A stretch of DNA of 64,000 bases from an uncultured Thermoplasmata archaeon (GCA_963715645.1 OY970259.1:1208545-1272544); one strand, 5' to 3'. Counted from the stretch's first letter, positions 28,183-39,312 are shown. The notes: generated by a model from the sequence alone, not told the origin. Translations and numbers: made by a program.

Positions 28183-29011
28183 ATGGACTTCCGGTCGCTT
28201 TCGCAGACCGAGGCGAAGGTGATCCTCGCCTTGGAGGCGGAGGGTCGAGAGATCGTCTCTCTGACAGAGATTCGCAAGAGGACGGGGGCATCCCCGGGGT
28301 TCGCCCGGAAGCTGGCGCATGAGCTGGTACGGAAGGGCTGGCTCCAGCGCGTCCGACAGGGGACGTACCTCCTGAACCCGAGCCGCCACGGACCGGATGC
28401 ACTGCCCGACACAGACCCCCTCCGGATTGGGAGTCGGCTGGTTGAGCCGTACTACTTCGGCTACGCGACGGCTGCGGAGCTCCAGGGTCTGTTCACGCAA
28501 GCAAGTCGGGTCTACTACATCGTGACGCCCGCCCGGTGGCTGCCGGGAAGGGACCGCGCCGGTCGGTTCCGTGCGGTCAGGGTCACTCCCGCGCGATTCT
28601 TTGGGACACGTACCCTGACCCGTCGGGGCGTCCGACTCGTGGTCAGCGATCCCGAGAGAACGGTCCTAGACTGCCTGAACCGCCCGGAGCTTGCTGGGGG
28701 CATGGCCGGGGTCTCGCAAATATTCGCGCTTGCGAAACCGAAAATGAACTGGTCCCACCTCGGATCGGTACCTGGACCGGTTCGGGAATCGGAGTCTCAC
28801 CCTGCGGGCCGGGTTCCTGGCCGATAGGGTCCGACCTTCGGTCCCTGCTCCCGACTCGTGGGTTCTCCCGCGACTGGCCAGAGCCCAGGAGCCCTACGTG
28901 CCCTTCGGCCCCCCGAAGGCCCACGGTCGACGGGGAACGCGGGATCTTCGATGGCATGTGATTCGGAATGTGGCGGACGCCCAGCTCTTCGCCGAGGGGG
29001 AGATCCGTTGA
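28183..29011 (+). CDS. abiEi: AbiEi-family antitoxin / transcriptional regulator (frame switch near 28765)
   Basis: N-terminal wHTH (SLTEIRKRTGASPGFARKLAHELVRKGWLQRVRQGTYLL). The C-terminal part continues in another frame as DRYLDRFGNRSLTLRAGFLADRV...DLRWHVIRNVADAQLF. Its TGA overlaps the next gene's TTG. Confidence 0.75.
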
Positions 29012-29885
29012 TCCCGCGCGCCGTCGCGAACCGGTTCGCGAACCGGATGGGAGTCGACCTCCACATCGCGCAGCAGGAGGTGGTCCTCCTCTACGCGCTC
29101 AACACGCTCGCCACCCACCGTGTGGTGGACTCTCTGATCTTCAAGGGCGGCACCTACGTTCGCATGATGGTCACCGGCGACGCGGGCCGTCTCAGTGAGG
29201 ACCTTGACTTCACTAACATGGGACTTCCGGAAGACCCTCGAGCCCTTCTCGACGAAGCGTTCGCCGAGCCCCACTTTGGGGTAGAGTTCCGAGTGGTAGA
29301 GCCCTATCGGACCGCGGCCCGGAATTGGGCCTGTGGAGTCGCGTACGTTCACGAGTGGGACGCGGGACAGTTCCGCCTCGAAATCAGCTATCGGGAGATG
29401 CCCTTCCTGCCCCCACGCCGCTGGCGTCCCATCCCCCAGGGTACTTCTCGGCCCTTCCGTTTCCCGTGCCGGAAATCCCATGCCTGCAGCGAGAGGAGGC
29501 GATCGCCGAGAAGCTGAGGGCGATCCAGCAGCGGGCGACGGAACGGGACCTCTACGACGCAGCCCGCTATGGCCGCAAAGGGTTCGACCAGTCTCTCGTC
29601 CGTCTGTTGGCTGTGGGCAAGCTATGGAACGAGCGAGAGGCGTTGGACCCCGAACGGATCCTGCGAACCCTCTCGGACGGGCGACGTGACTGGCCCGATC
29701 TCGAACGCTTGATCGGGCGGTCCCGTCGGCAGGACTGGAACCGTATGGCTGCGGATGCGGCCCGACGCTTCGCTTTCCTCCAAGAGTTGACGCCCACCGA
29801 AAAGGAGCTGATTCTTGACGCGCGGAGACATCAACTCCGACAGAAGCTCGAGCACGCGCTCCTACCCTACGTCCAAAAGGCGTAG
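29008..29885 (+). CDS. abiEii: AbiEii/AbiGii-family nucleotidyltransferase toxin (frame switch near 29440)
   Basis: LIFKGGTYVRMMV...RLSEDLDF (NTase motif) lies in 28858..29517. It continues as LPFPVPEIPCLQREEAIAEKLRAIQQRATERDLYD in 29325..29885. Confidence 0.8.
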
Positions 29886-30036
29886 CCCGGGGCTGGAGGT
29901 CTGGCCGCGCGAGGGGCGCGCCGTCGGATTGCCCGGGGTCGAGCTCAACACCAGGGCGAGCCTCTCGCAGGCGACCCAGCATATTCTCGGGTTGAACCTC
30001 GAGTGGGTGGCAGCTACTCCCGGCGGTAAGACCGGG

Positions 30037-30066
30037 TTTAGTATATATAGCACATTTAGTATGTTC
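30037..30066 (+). promoter_or_regulatory. AT-rich patch with two TATA-like boxes upstream of the permease gene
   Basis: TTTAGTATATATAGCACATTTAGTATGTTC lies 21-50 nt before the ATG at 30087, in an otherwise G+C-rich region. Confidence 0.4.
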
Positions 30067-30086
30067 TAGCCAAGCTATACCGTAGC

Positions 30087-31286
30087 ATGGTCGGCTCGGG
30101 GGGAGTAGTCCGGATGGGTGCCTTTGCGGTCGTGGAGAGCGCGGGCGGGGCCAGCATCGCTGATGGGCGTGTGGGTCGCCGGCCGAACCCTCGTATCGCG
30201 CAACTGAGACGGACCTGGTACTTCCTGCGGCGCAACACCCTGGCCATGGTCGGCCTCGGGATCGTCCTCTTCCTAGTTCTGCTCGCTATCTACGCAGCCA
30301 CGCAACCGTACCCCTGGACCTCCATGACCTCGTACTGTGTCTACACCCCCGGGTCTTCGAACACGTTCTGTGAGGGCCAGGCCAACTCGGTCTGCGTCTA
30401 CGCCCAGGGGACCGTGGCACCCGCCCCCAGTTGTTACGTGACTCCCGCGCAGTACCCTGCGTTCATCGCGCCTACTCTCTCTCTGGCCCCCTACCATTCG
30501 GGCCCCCTGCCGCTCGGCTCCTTTGTCGACTCCACCCAGGTCATCAGTGGCTCGTACTTCTTCAACCTCTACCAAGGGATCCTTCGAGGTTCCGACTGGT
30601 CGCTGCTGTTCTCCTTCTCGATCGTCAGCGCGGGCGCCACCCTCGGATTGATGATCGGTGCCCTCTCGGGATATTCCGGGGGAGTCGTGGATGAGGCGCT
30701 GATGCGATTTGTCGACATGATGCTCTCGATCCCCCAGCTCTTGTTTGTCCTCATCGTCATCGCGGTCGTTTCTCAGCTCGCGGTCTTTGGCGATTCCCTC
30801 ACCACCCGCATCACCTTCCTGATCCTCGGGTTCGTCGCGGTCTCGTGGCCGTTGTACGCGCGCATCGTACGAGGTCAGGTTCTGGTGACGCGCGAGCAGA
30901 AGTACGTCGAGGCGGCCAAGGCGGGCGGAGCGTCGGGCGGGCGTATCATTCGAAAGCACATCATCCCGAACTCGGTCTACCCGGTGTTCGTGCAGATGTC
31001 CCTGGACGTCGGTGGCGTGCCCCTTCTTATTGGCGCGCTGATCTTCCTCGGGTTCACGGCGATATTCCCGAGCGTGAACTTCCCGGAGTGGGGCACGCTC
31101 TCCGCCCTCTCGGTGAACCCGTCCGTCCTCACCAGCCTCCTCACGAGCTACGAGCTCAACATCCCCGTGTTCGTGCCCTGGTGGATGATGTTCTTCCCGG
31201 GGATGATGCTCTTCCTCTTCGCGATCAGCGTGAACTTCATCTCGGACGGACTGCGCGACGCGCTCGACCCGAGGCTCCGCCGTTAG
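30087..31286 (+). CDS. ABC transporter permease, OppC/DppC family, with a long Cys-containing extracytoplasmic insert after the first helix
   Basis: LMRFVDMMLSIPQLLFVLIVIAV is an EAA-type loop region (BPD_transp_1 pattern). There are six helices. No cognate OppA/B/D/F is present in the window. Confidence 0.8.
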   Translation: MVGSGGVVRMGAFAVVESAGGASIADGRVGRRPNPRIAQLRRTWYFLRRNTLAMVGLGIVLFLVLLAIYAATQPYPWTSMTSYCVYTPGSSNTFCEGQANSVCVYAQGTVAPAPSCYVTPAQYPAFIAPTLSLAPYHSGPLPLGSFVDSTQVISGSYFFNLYQGILRGSDWSLLFSFSIVSAGATLGLMIGALSGYSGGVVDEALMRFVDMMLSIPQLLFVLIVIAVVSQLAVFGDSLTTRITFLILGFVAVSWPLYARIVRGQVLVTREQKYVEAAKAGGASGGRIIRKHIIPNSVYPVFVQMSLDVGGVPLLIGALIFLGFTAIFPSVNFPEWGTLSALSVNPSVLTSLLTSYELNIPVFVPWWMMFFPGMMLFLFAISVNFISDGLRDALDPRLRR

Positions 31287-31510
31287 GAAGGCGGCTCGCC
31301 GACGCTGCCTGCCGGAGGGGCGGCCGGTACGATAGAGGCCGCTTTGGGCGGCCACGGACGGTACCGGTCCCTCCCTCGGACGACCCCCCGTCGGCGCCGG
31401 GTACGGCTCGACGGCGGGCCGGTGGGAGAGGATGCCCCCGTCGTCGTCCGGGGCTCCGGCTCGGCCCTAGTGGAATCGGTAGGGATATCCCACAGGGTCG
31501 ACTGCCGACC

Positions 31511-33924
31511 TTGTGGCCACTCTCGAGTACCCGGCTGGACCTCGACGTGAACTTCGCGAGCGAGGAGTTTCGGGGGCGCCTGACCGTTTTCGGTCTCGGG
31601 AGCCGGTCGGAGGTGGAGCTCGACTGCGAGGACCTAATGGTCGAGGAGGTCCGTCAGGGAGCGACGGTGATCCCCTTCCACTTCGACCGCTCCCGGAGGA
31701 AGTTGGTCATTCCCAAGTCACCCACGGGGAGCGGCCCCATCCGAATCTCCTACTCGGGCCGGGCCTCGAGGGACCTCCAGACCGGCTTCTTCGTTTCCCG
31801 GCTCGGGGAGGGCAAGGCGCTCACCACCATGATGGAACCCGAAGGTTGCCGCCGATTCCTTCCGTGCTTCGACCGGCCGAGCGAGAAGGCCGTCTTCCGG
31901 CTGCGGGTCGTTACCGACCAGTCGCTCGTCGCAATCTCCAACTCGGAGAGCGAGAGCCGCCTCCTTCCCGACGGGCGCCGGGAATGGACGTTCGCGCAGA
32001 CCCCTCCGATGTCGACGTATCTCCTTTACCTAGGGATAGGTGCGTTCACCGAGACCGAGTCCAGCGAGAGCGGAACCCGGATCGTGGTCGCGTCCACTCC
32101 CGAGGACGCCCCCAACGCCGCGAGAGCCCTCCAACTTCCCGGAGCGGCCGTCCGGTGGTACCGGGGAGTTCTACGAGGTCCCCTACCCGTTGCGCAAATT
32201 GCACTTCGTCGCCCTGACCGACTTCTGGGCGGGGATGGAGAACTGGGGAGCGATCGCCGGCGATGATTCCTACTTCGCGTTCGGCGAGACCGCCAGCCCG
32301 AGCGGCGTGCGCATGGCCGTTGAGACGATCGCCCACGAGGTCGCCCACCAGTGGTTCGGGGATCTGGTGACGCTCTATGACTGGAACGACCTCTGGCTCA
32401 ACGAATCGTTCGCGACGTTAGTCGTTCCGAAGATCACGGAACGTGCGCACCTCCGAGAGGACCCGTGGGGTGAGTTCATGATCCGTATCGCTGGGGCGGG
32501 TTCGCCGACTCTCTGCGCGCCACCCATCCCGTGGCGCCCGACTCGCTCGACCCGCGGGAGATCATGGCCCGGGCCGACGAAATCACCTACTTCAAGGGAG
32601 GGCAGCTCCTTCGGATGATCGAAGGGTATCTCGGGGCCGAGGTATTCCGGGCCGGGGTCTCGGCATACCTCCGACGGCATGCCTACGGCAACGCCCGCAG
32701 CGAGGACCTCTGGACGGCGCTCGAGGAGTCCTCGGGACGCAAGGTGACCTCGGTGATGCGAGCGTGGGTCGACCGACCCGGCCACCCCCGCGTGGTCGTC
32801 GAGGGCACCTCCGGGACACTTCGGCTTTCCCAGGAGCGATTCTCCTTCCTGCCCCGGGAGACCGAGGAGCCCCCGTGGCCAATCCCGCTGACCTTCGAGC
32901 TGGCGGGGGCGCGCCGGTCGATGCTCTTCGATACCCGCGAGGTCGAGATGCAGGTCTCCAACCCCTCCTCGTTCCGGCTCAATCCCGGGCGGACGGGATT
33001 CTACCGCGCCCTGTACCCGGAGGAGCATCGGGCGCTCCTGATCGAGCGGATCCTCGAGACGAGCCCCCTCAATCGCTGGGGGCTGTTGAACGATGCCGAG
33101 GCCTTCCTCCTCTCCGGGGACTACTCGTTGGACGAGTATCTCCGGGTGATCCTGTCGGTCCGCTCGGCGACCGATTACTTGACGGTCGCCGAAGCGTGTC
33201 TGGGCCTGGACCAGCTCCTTCCCTTCCTTCGGGACCACTCCGGATTTCGTGGGGCGTCGCAGCAATTCTATCGGGCCCAACTGGAACGGTTGGGTTGGAC
33301 GGCGAGGGCGGCCGAACCCGACACCAACGGCCTTCTCCGGGAGTCCCTCGGATTGGGACTCTCCCGGCTCGACGACGAGGTGGCCCGTGACCTCTCCGGC
33401 CGGTTTCGGCGGGGATCGATTCGGAAGATCCCGCCCTCCGACCGGCGATCGCCTGGTCCCATGCGCGCTGGGGGGGTACCGGGGCCCTCGACCGGCTCTT
33501 GACCCGGGCCAAGGCGGCCGACACCGACCAGTCGTTCCACGCCGCGCGCGCGCTGGGAGGCCTGCCCGACCCGGCCCTCCTCGCCCAGGCTCTCGAGCGA
33601 ATCTTCGCCCCCGGAATGCGCCTCGGCAACAGCCTGTACCTTCTCCAGGGCATCGCTCGGAACCCCGAGGGCCGGGGTGTGACCTGGGAATGGCTCACCC
33701 GGAACCTTCGGGAGTTCGAGCGAAGGGCCAAGGGAAGCCCCCTTCTGTCGCTCGCCCTCCAATTCACGATCCCCGAGGTGGGGGCCGGCCGCCCGACCGA
33801 GGTCAGGGAGTACTTCGGACGGGAGGAGTTCCCGGGAGCCGCGGTCGGTATCGCGAACGGCCTCGAGCTCATGGAAGTGATGGCCCGTGTGCGGGCTCGG
33901 ATCCCCTCGTTGGGTGCGAACTAG
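31511..33924 (+). CDS. M1-family zinc aminopeptidase (tricorn-interacting-factor F2/F3-like); frame switches near 32160, 32490 and 33430
   Basis: GAMENWGAI-type [21 protein letters not shown] and WLNESFA give the HEXXH-x18-E motif. [14 protein letters not shown] follows. The ERAP1-like C-terminal domain continues through 32531..33502 and 33499..33924. The start codon (TTG 31511) is tentative. Confidence 0.8.
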
Positions 33925-34082
33925 CGACCTCGCGCCGTTCTGGCGGGGGTTGGGGGGGCCAAACGGGGACCGTCAGGCGGCGCACCCTTTTCGACCCTGT
34001 GGAGACCCGTTCGACCTCCAGCTGGGTCGGCGAGGAGACCCCGGGGTGGGTGGGTCGCCTGTCGATCCGCCGGGGTTGGAGG

Positions 34083-35225
34083 CTACCAGCGTTCGTGTCC
34101 GAGAAGGGTCCGGTCGATCTCGGAGAGCTTTCGGCGACCGACGAGGGCCATCTCGGTGGCAAGTTCGGTCGCCAACAACGAAAGAAGACGACGGACGCCG
34201 TTCTCCCCTTCCAGAGCCAAGGCCCACAGCACCGGTCGTCCGATGCCTACTCCCCGCGCCCCGAGAGCCAGGGCCATCAACACGTCACTGGCGCGGCGGA
34301 CGCCGCTGTCGAAATAGACCTCGACATCCGAGCCGACCGACCGCACGACCTCGGGGAGGGCCTCGAGGGCGGCTTCGGCGGCATTGAGCTGGCGTCCCCC
34401 ATGGTTCGAGACGAGGATCGCTCGGGCCCCGTGCGTCACGGCCCGACGTGCATCTTCCCCCGTGAGGATGCCCTTCACCACGACGGGCAGCCGGGTGATC
34501 GACTGGAGGTCGTCGAGCACGTTCCAGGTGGCGCTGGCGTCCTTCCGAAGCGAGTAACGTCCGTTCTCCCCCTTGGGGGAGCGGTCCGGGGCGAGGATCT
34601 CGCCTCCGCTGCCCACCGGGGCGTCCTCGGCGATCACGAAACCCCGCTGGACGAGGTGGTCCCGCGGGCCGAGGACCGGCATGTCGACCGTGAGCATGAG
34701 GGCGGTGTAGCCGGCCTTTTCGGCGCGTTCCACGAGGCGCTGCGACGCCGAAAACTCGGGCTGAAGGTAGAGCTGGAACCAACGAGGTCCTTTCGGTGCC
34801 GCGCGGGCGATCTCCTCGATGGAGGACGTCGAGAGGGTGCTGAACACCGCGAGGACGTTCGCTTCGGAGGCGGCACGCCCGGTGGCCAGCTCCCCCTCCG
34901 GGTGCAGCAGGCCCTGGCGGGCCATCGGGCAGATGAAGAAAGGAGCGCTGACCTCCTCGTCGAGCAGCCTCGTCGTCAGGTCGAGGTGGGTAACGTCGAT
35001 CAGGGTGCGCGGCCGCAGGGTACGGCGGCGAAAGGCGTCGCGGTTTGCCCGCATCGCGTCCTCCTCGCCCGCGCCGGACTGAACGTACGCCCAAGCATCC
35101 TCGGGGACCACTTTCGCGGCGGCGCCCTCGAGTTCGCTGAGCGTAGAGAACGTCGGGAGAGTCGGGTCGCTCACGGTGCCATCTCCGGCGCGGGGTGGAT
35201 GGTCTCCTCCCGCATTTGAGCGCAT
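34083..35225 (-). CDS. FMN-dependent alpha-hydroxy-acid oxidase/dehydrogenase (L-lactate/glycolate oxidase family)
   Basis: PFFICPMA, RWFQLY, VVKGILT and LVSNHGGRQL...DSGVRR are all hallmark motifs of the family. I prefer the ATG at 35225 over the longer track ORF. Confidence 0.85.
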   Translation of the reverse strand: MRSNAGGDHPPRAGDGTVSDPTLPTFSTLSELEGAAAKVVPEDAWAYVQSGAGEEDAMRANRDAFRRRTLRPRTLIDVTHLDLTTRLLDEEVSAPFFICPMARQGLLHPEGELATGRAASEANVLAVFSTLSTSSIEEIARAAPKGPRWFQLYLQPEFSASQRLVERAEKAGYTALMLTVDMPVLGPRDHLVQRGFVIAEDAPVGSGGEILAPDRSPKGENGRYSLRKDASATWNVLDDLQSITRLPVVVKGILTGEDARRAVTHGARAILVSNHGGRQLNAAEAALEALPEVVRSVGSDVEVYFDSGVRRASDVLMALALGARGVGIGRPVLWALALEGENGVRRLLSLLATELATEMALVGRRKLSEIDRTLLGHERW

Positions 35226-35389
35226 CGCGCGACCCGCGAGCCGACCTGGCGGCGCCCGCGCGCGACTCCGGTGCGCCTGGCCGAGACGACGGCATCGGCT
35301 CGAGCCACAGCCTGGGCGGCCGGGGGGAGAGCCGCCCGACCGGGAGAGGAGATCGTGCAGCTGGAGCAGAAGCGGGGCGGCCGCTCTTC

Positions 35390-36621
35390 TCACCCGGTGG
35401 CCGAGGAGGTCGCACGGTTGGGGGTAATGAGGAGGAGGGCGGGCAAGGCGAGCCAGGCCAGGAGGGCGAACGCCTCCCAGGCCAGAGGATACCCGGACCG
35501 GGCCACGACGATGGCGAATGCGACGGCGAAGCCTGCGTTGGCGAACAGGTGAGTGGTGTTGATCAGGCCCACGTCGACGGAAACCCGTCGCCGGTCCTCA
35601 CCAGTGAGATGGGAGGGCATGGTGAACCAGAATCGCCAAAATCCCCCCGTAGAGAAAGCCGAGCATGGCGTAGAGTCCCACGAGCACGTACTCCGACGCG
35701 AACGGGATCAGGAAGAACAACGCTCCGAACGGCGCCACGAACGCGGCGCCGACCCACCGCCGGTCAGCCCCTCGCTCGGAGAGCCATCCCCCCGCGACGC
35801 CGCCCGGAACCGACAGGAGGAAGCCGGCCGCGGCGACCGTGGCGGCACCGGCCAGTCCCCAGGACGGGTGTTCCGCGAGAAAGTACCGACGAAACGAAGC
35901 CAATCGCAACGAAAGCCGCGCTGGAGGCACCGACAAGTCCGAGCGCCAACCCCCAGGTGGAACGTGACCGAAGGGTCGCACCGACGGCCTGCCTCGTCAG
36001 GACCGCCTCGTCGGGGACGGAGCGGGCGGGGTCTCCCGGAAGCGCGGCCGTACAGACCAGACCGACAACGACCGCACCCATCGCGCCGGCGATGAGAACG
36101 AACCGCCAACCGAACGCGGCGCCAAGGATCTCGCCGCCGACCAGCCCGATAGTGCCCCCGAGAGCGATCCCGCACGTCACGAACAGCCCGATGACCACGG
36201 CTCGATGTTGAGCCAGGTAGTATTGCGAGAGCAGCCCGACGGCAGGGACCCAGAAGAGGGAGGCTCCGGCGCCGGCGGCCACGCGGAACCCGACCAGCTC
36301 GTAGGGGCTAGTGGAGGCGGCGGAGAGGAGCCCGGCCCCTCCGAGGACCGCGAGACCGAGCTGGATCGTGGTCCGGGCGGAGAACCGATGGGCGATGGCC
36401 CCCGCCGGAACTGAAAACAACGCAAGTCCCAGGGGAAAGCCGGCGAGAATGAGACCGAGACCCATCGGGGTTGCTTCGAGCTCGCGGCCGGCGAGGGGGA
36501 GGACGATCGCGAGGCCGGTGTAGCTGACCTGGTACGTGATTCCGCCCACGAAGAGGAGGAGCGCCCCGGTCAGCCGACAATCGTTACCCACGAAGGGGGC
36601 CTCCGCCATGCAATGCGGCAC
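35390..36621 (-). CDS. MFS transporter (frame switches near 35985 and 35610)
   Basis: About 12 hydrophobic helices are spread colinearly over 35764..36621, 35598..35981 and 35390..35620. GAIAHRFSARTT resembles MFS motif A. Confidence 0.7.
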
Positions 36622-36906
36622 ACCGTAGATTCACGTTGTGGTGGCGAGGTCATGGCCTGCGACAGGGCCGGTCTCGCTCGACGTGCTCGCAGGCCCGAGG
36701 GTCGGAGATCCACTCCGCAACGTGGCGGCCCTTTCGTCGCGCACCCTCTCCGAGTGGGGGGAGCGTTCGGGGTGCGAAGTCCCCCAGTGCCGGGTCTGTG
36801 TCGGGAATGCCGCCCGCGGTGCCGGCGCGTGGGCGCTATCTCCCCCGCGAGCCTTCCCCCGGCGACAACATGACTGGGGCAGGCTGATGGAACGGGGAGG
36901 CCCACG

Positions 36907-37413
36907 ATGAAGGCTCGGGGAACTTGGATGGGAGGCTCCCACATCCTCCTGGAGGACCGGCGGGGCCACCAGGTGACGGTCGACCTCCCGCACGGCGAGG
37001 GAGGTGGGGACCTCGGCACCTCCGCGGTTGAGCTGACGGTCCTCTCGCTGGCCGGGTCCATCCTGACCGTGTTTGCTCAGGTGGCGAAGAAGCGACGGCT
37101 CGCCTTCCAGTCGCTGCGGGTCGATCTCGACGCGGACCAGCCGGAAAAGGCCCCCTCGGTCGCTGCCGTGGAAGGCGTGCTTCACGTCGTGACGTCGGCT
37201 CCGCCGGAGGACGTCGCCAGTGCCCTCGGATTCACGCTCCTAACTTGCCCCGCCGGGGTTCTGTTCGAGCAAGCCCGGATCCCGGTCCGTGTGCATTCGG
37301 AGGTTCACCCCGCCCATCGCGTCGACCCAGCGGCGCGACCTCACCCGGCTGGGGAGCCTCGCCCCGGCGCGAAGCACCTCGGCGACTCCCCCCCCCACGC
37401 TCATGGCGGGCAT
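36907..37413 (+). CDS. OsmC-like protein; no in-frame stop before the following methyltransferase module
   Basis: GTSAVELTVLSLAGSILTVF...LLTCPAGVLF fits the OsmC/Ohr two-Cys-region fold pattern of about 140 aa. A Pro/His-rich linker then follows. Confidence 0.55.
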
Positions 37414-38062
37414 ATGGAGCGGAGAGCCTGGGGCCGCGCGGAGGCGGTCGAGGTGCTCGAGAGTCCCGAGCGTCGAGGGGCTCACGACCCGGACGGGCTA
37501 TGGGCCTGGGTCCACATCGCCCCCGGAGCGACGGTGGTCGATGTCGGCGCGGGGACGGGGTTCTTTGCACTTCCTGCAGCCCGCCGGGTAGGACCTAGCG
37601 GGCACGTCTACGCGGTCGACCTCTCCCCGGAACTCGTCGAGTTCCTGGACGAACGACGGCGCGAGGAGTCGCTCCCCCAGCTCGTTCCGGTCCAGTCGAC
37701 GATCGCGGCCATCCCCCTTGAGTCGGCCATCGCGGACATCGTCCTGCTCGCGAACGTCCTGCACGACCTCCCTCCGCCCTCGGTGGCCGAGGCCGTGCGG
37801 CTGCTCAAGCCCGACGGGCGATTGGTCAACGTCGACTGGAAGAAGTACCGAAAGCCCGGGGGGCCCGCCTCTCGAAATCCGTCTCACGCCCGAGGAGGCG
37901 GTCCAGCGGTTTCGGGACCTCGGGCTCGAGGAGGTCGAGCGCTGGGAACCCGGGCCGTGGCATTACGCCTCCCTCTTCCGACGGACGGCACGAAAGGCCT
38001 CGAATCGAGGGGCAACGATACGAGACGAACCCGTCTCATCTCCCCAGCCTCCTCCTGGGTAA
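37414..38062 (+). CDS. Class I SAM-dependent methyltransferase (frame switch near 37855)
   Basis: VVDVGAGTGFFALPAAR (motif I), VYAVDLSPE and IVLLANVLHD...LLKPDGRLV. The tail LEIRLTPEEAVQRFRDLGLEEVE lies in the 37718..38062 frame. Confidence 0.65.
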
Positions 38063-38291
38063 GTCTCGACCTCGTCGCGAGGCGCATTAGCTCGGACGCC
38101 GAAGAGGTCTCTCGGGACTCGCTTCCTCCTACCGACGACGCGGCCTCAGCGGAGCGTCCGGTCCGGGGCCACCGCAGGGATGGTCGGGAGCTCGGGCGCT
38201 TCGGGTGAAACCGGCTTGACTGAACTGCTTTCCGCCCGGAAACCTCCCTGTACGGACGAGGAGGGACGACCCCTCTCGGGAATCAGCGAAG

Positions 38292-38837
38292 ATGAGCGGA
38301 GCAATCGAAGCAGGGGTCCATGAGCACGCGCTCCTGGGCCTCGAGGAAGAGGCGCCCAAGCCGAACGGAATGTCAATCGTGGTCTTCTCCGGTGACCTGG
38401 ACAAGGTACTGGCGGCGTTCATCATTGCCAACGGGGCCGCCGCGATGGACCTGCCCGTGACGATGTTCTTCACGTTCTGGGGACTCAACGTGCTGCGCCG
38501 CGAAGAGCCCGTCGCGCTCAAGGGCTCGAAGACAAACATCGAGAAGATGTTCGGCCGGATGATGCCGCGGGGACCCGGGAGCCTCAAGCTCTCGCGGATG
38601 AACATGGCCGGTCTCGGGACAAGGATGATCAAGAAGGAGATGTCCAAGAAGCACGTCCTGGACCTACCGCACCTCGTCAAGAGCGCGCAAGACCAAGGGG
38701 TGCGCCTCGTGGCGTGCACGATGTCGATGGACCTGATGGGCATCAAGAAGGAGGAACTCCTTCCTGGGATCGACTACGGCGGTGTCGGCAGCTACGTCGA
38801 CGCAGCGGACCGGAGCCGCATCTCCTTGTTCATCTAG
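38292..38837 (+). CDS. DsrE/DsrF-like sulfur-relay family protein (DsrE2/3-type)
   Basis: MSIVVFSGDLDKVLAAFIIANGAAAM...MFFTFWGL...VRLVACTMSMDLMGI is the conserved pattern of the DsrE-related family, with the active-site Cys in ACTMS. Confidence 0.75.
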   Translation: MSGAIEAGVHEHALLGLEEEAPKPNGMSIVVFSGDLDKVLAAFIIANGAAAMDLPVTMFFTFWGLNVLRREEPVALKGSKTNIEKMFGRMMPRGPGSLKLSRMNMAGLGTRMIKKEMSKKHVLDLPHLVKSAQDQGVRLVACTMSMDLMGIKKEELLPGIDYGGVGSYVDAADRSRISLFI

Positions 38838-39056
38838 GGCCGGTCGAGCGTCGGGTCCGGGAGTCCGGGAGGAACCGTTCGTCCCTCCCCCTCCCGACCT
38901 TCCCGGACCCGGGATGGGAGGGCGCGAAGCGAGCCGACCTGACCCACTCCTTCGTGGGGCTGCGTAGGGTCGCCAGGGGCGAAATCCCTCGAGAGTGAGC
39001 CCGGGTTGACTTGAGCCTTTTAACTTCGATTCCACCTACGAAGCTCGAGGGAGACG

Positions 39057-39312
39057 ATGAATCCGGAGGAGCTCAAGCATTTGAAAGTTGACCGAGTCGT
39101 CGACGCCCGCGGAGTTGCGTGCCCCGGCCCCCTGCTCGAGGCCAAGCGCGAGGTGACGGCGGTCCCGATGCACGGTGTGATGGAGGTCATCTCCTCCGAT
39201 GAGGGAACGACCGAGGACGTGCCGTTGTGGGCGAAGAAGGTGGGCCATGAGTACCCTAGGGACGCTTCCCGACGCAGGGCTCTGGCACGTCTACCTGCGG
39301 CGGAGCAAGTAG
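39057..39312 (+). CDS. tusA: TusA/SirA-like sulfur carrier (restored by removing one C from the CCC at 39255-39257)
   Basis: DARGVACPGPLLEAKR is the CPxP persulfide-carrier motif. In the shifted frame the C-terminus reads ...LGTLPDAGLWHVYLRRSK, typical of TusA. It ends at TAG 39310-39312, which overlaps a GTG. Confidence 0.75.

Noticed and set aside
28894-29982. 362-aa minus-strand ORF over the AbiEii gene; similarly 40973..41995 and 41430..42548 over hdrA, 30273..31355 over the OppC-like gene, and 170..1177 over the GT2 gene
   Set aside because: All are antisense shadows of genes with clear family motifs and show biased Arg/Pro/Gly/Ser composition.
33249-35219. 656-aa plus-strand ORF spanning the end of the aminopeptidase and the whole hydroxyacid-oxidase region
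   Set aside because: It is antisense to a gene with complete FMN-oxidase motifs and out of frame with the aminopeptidase. The composition is low-complexity (R, P, G). No recognisable domain.
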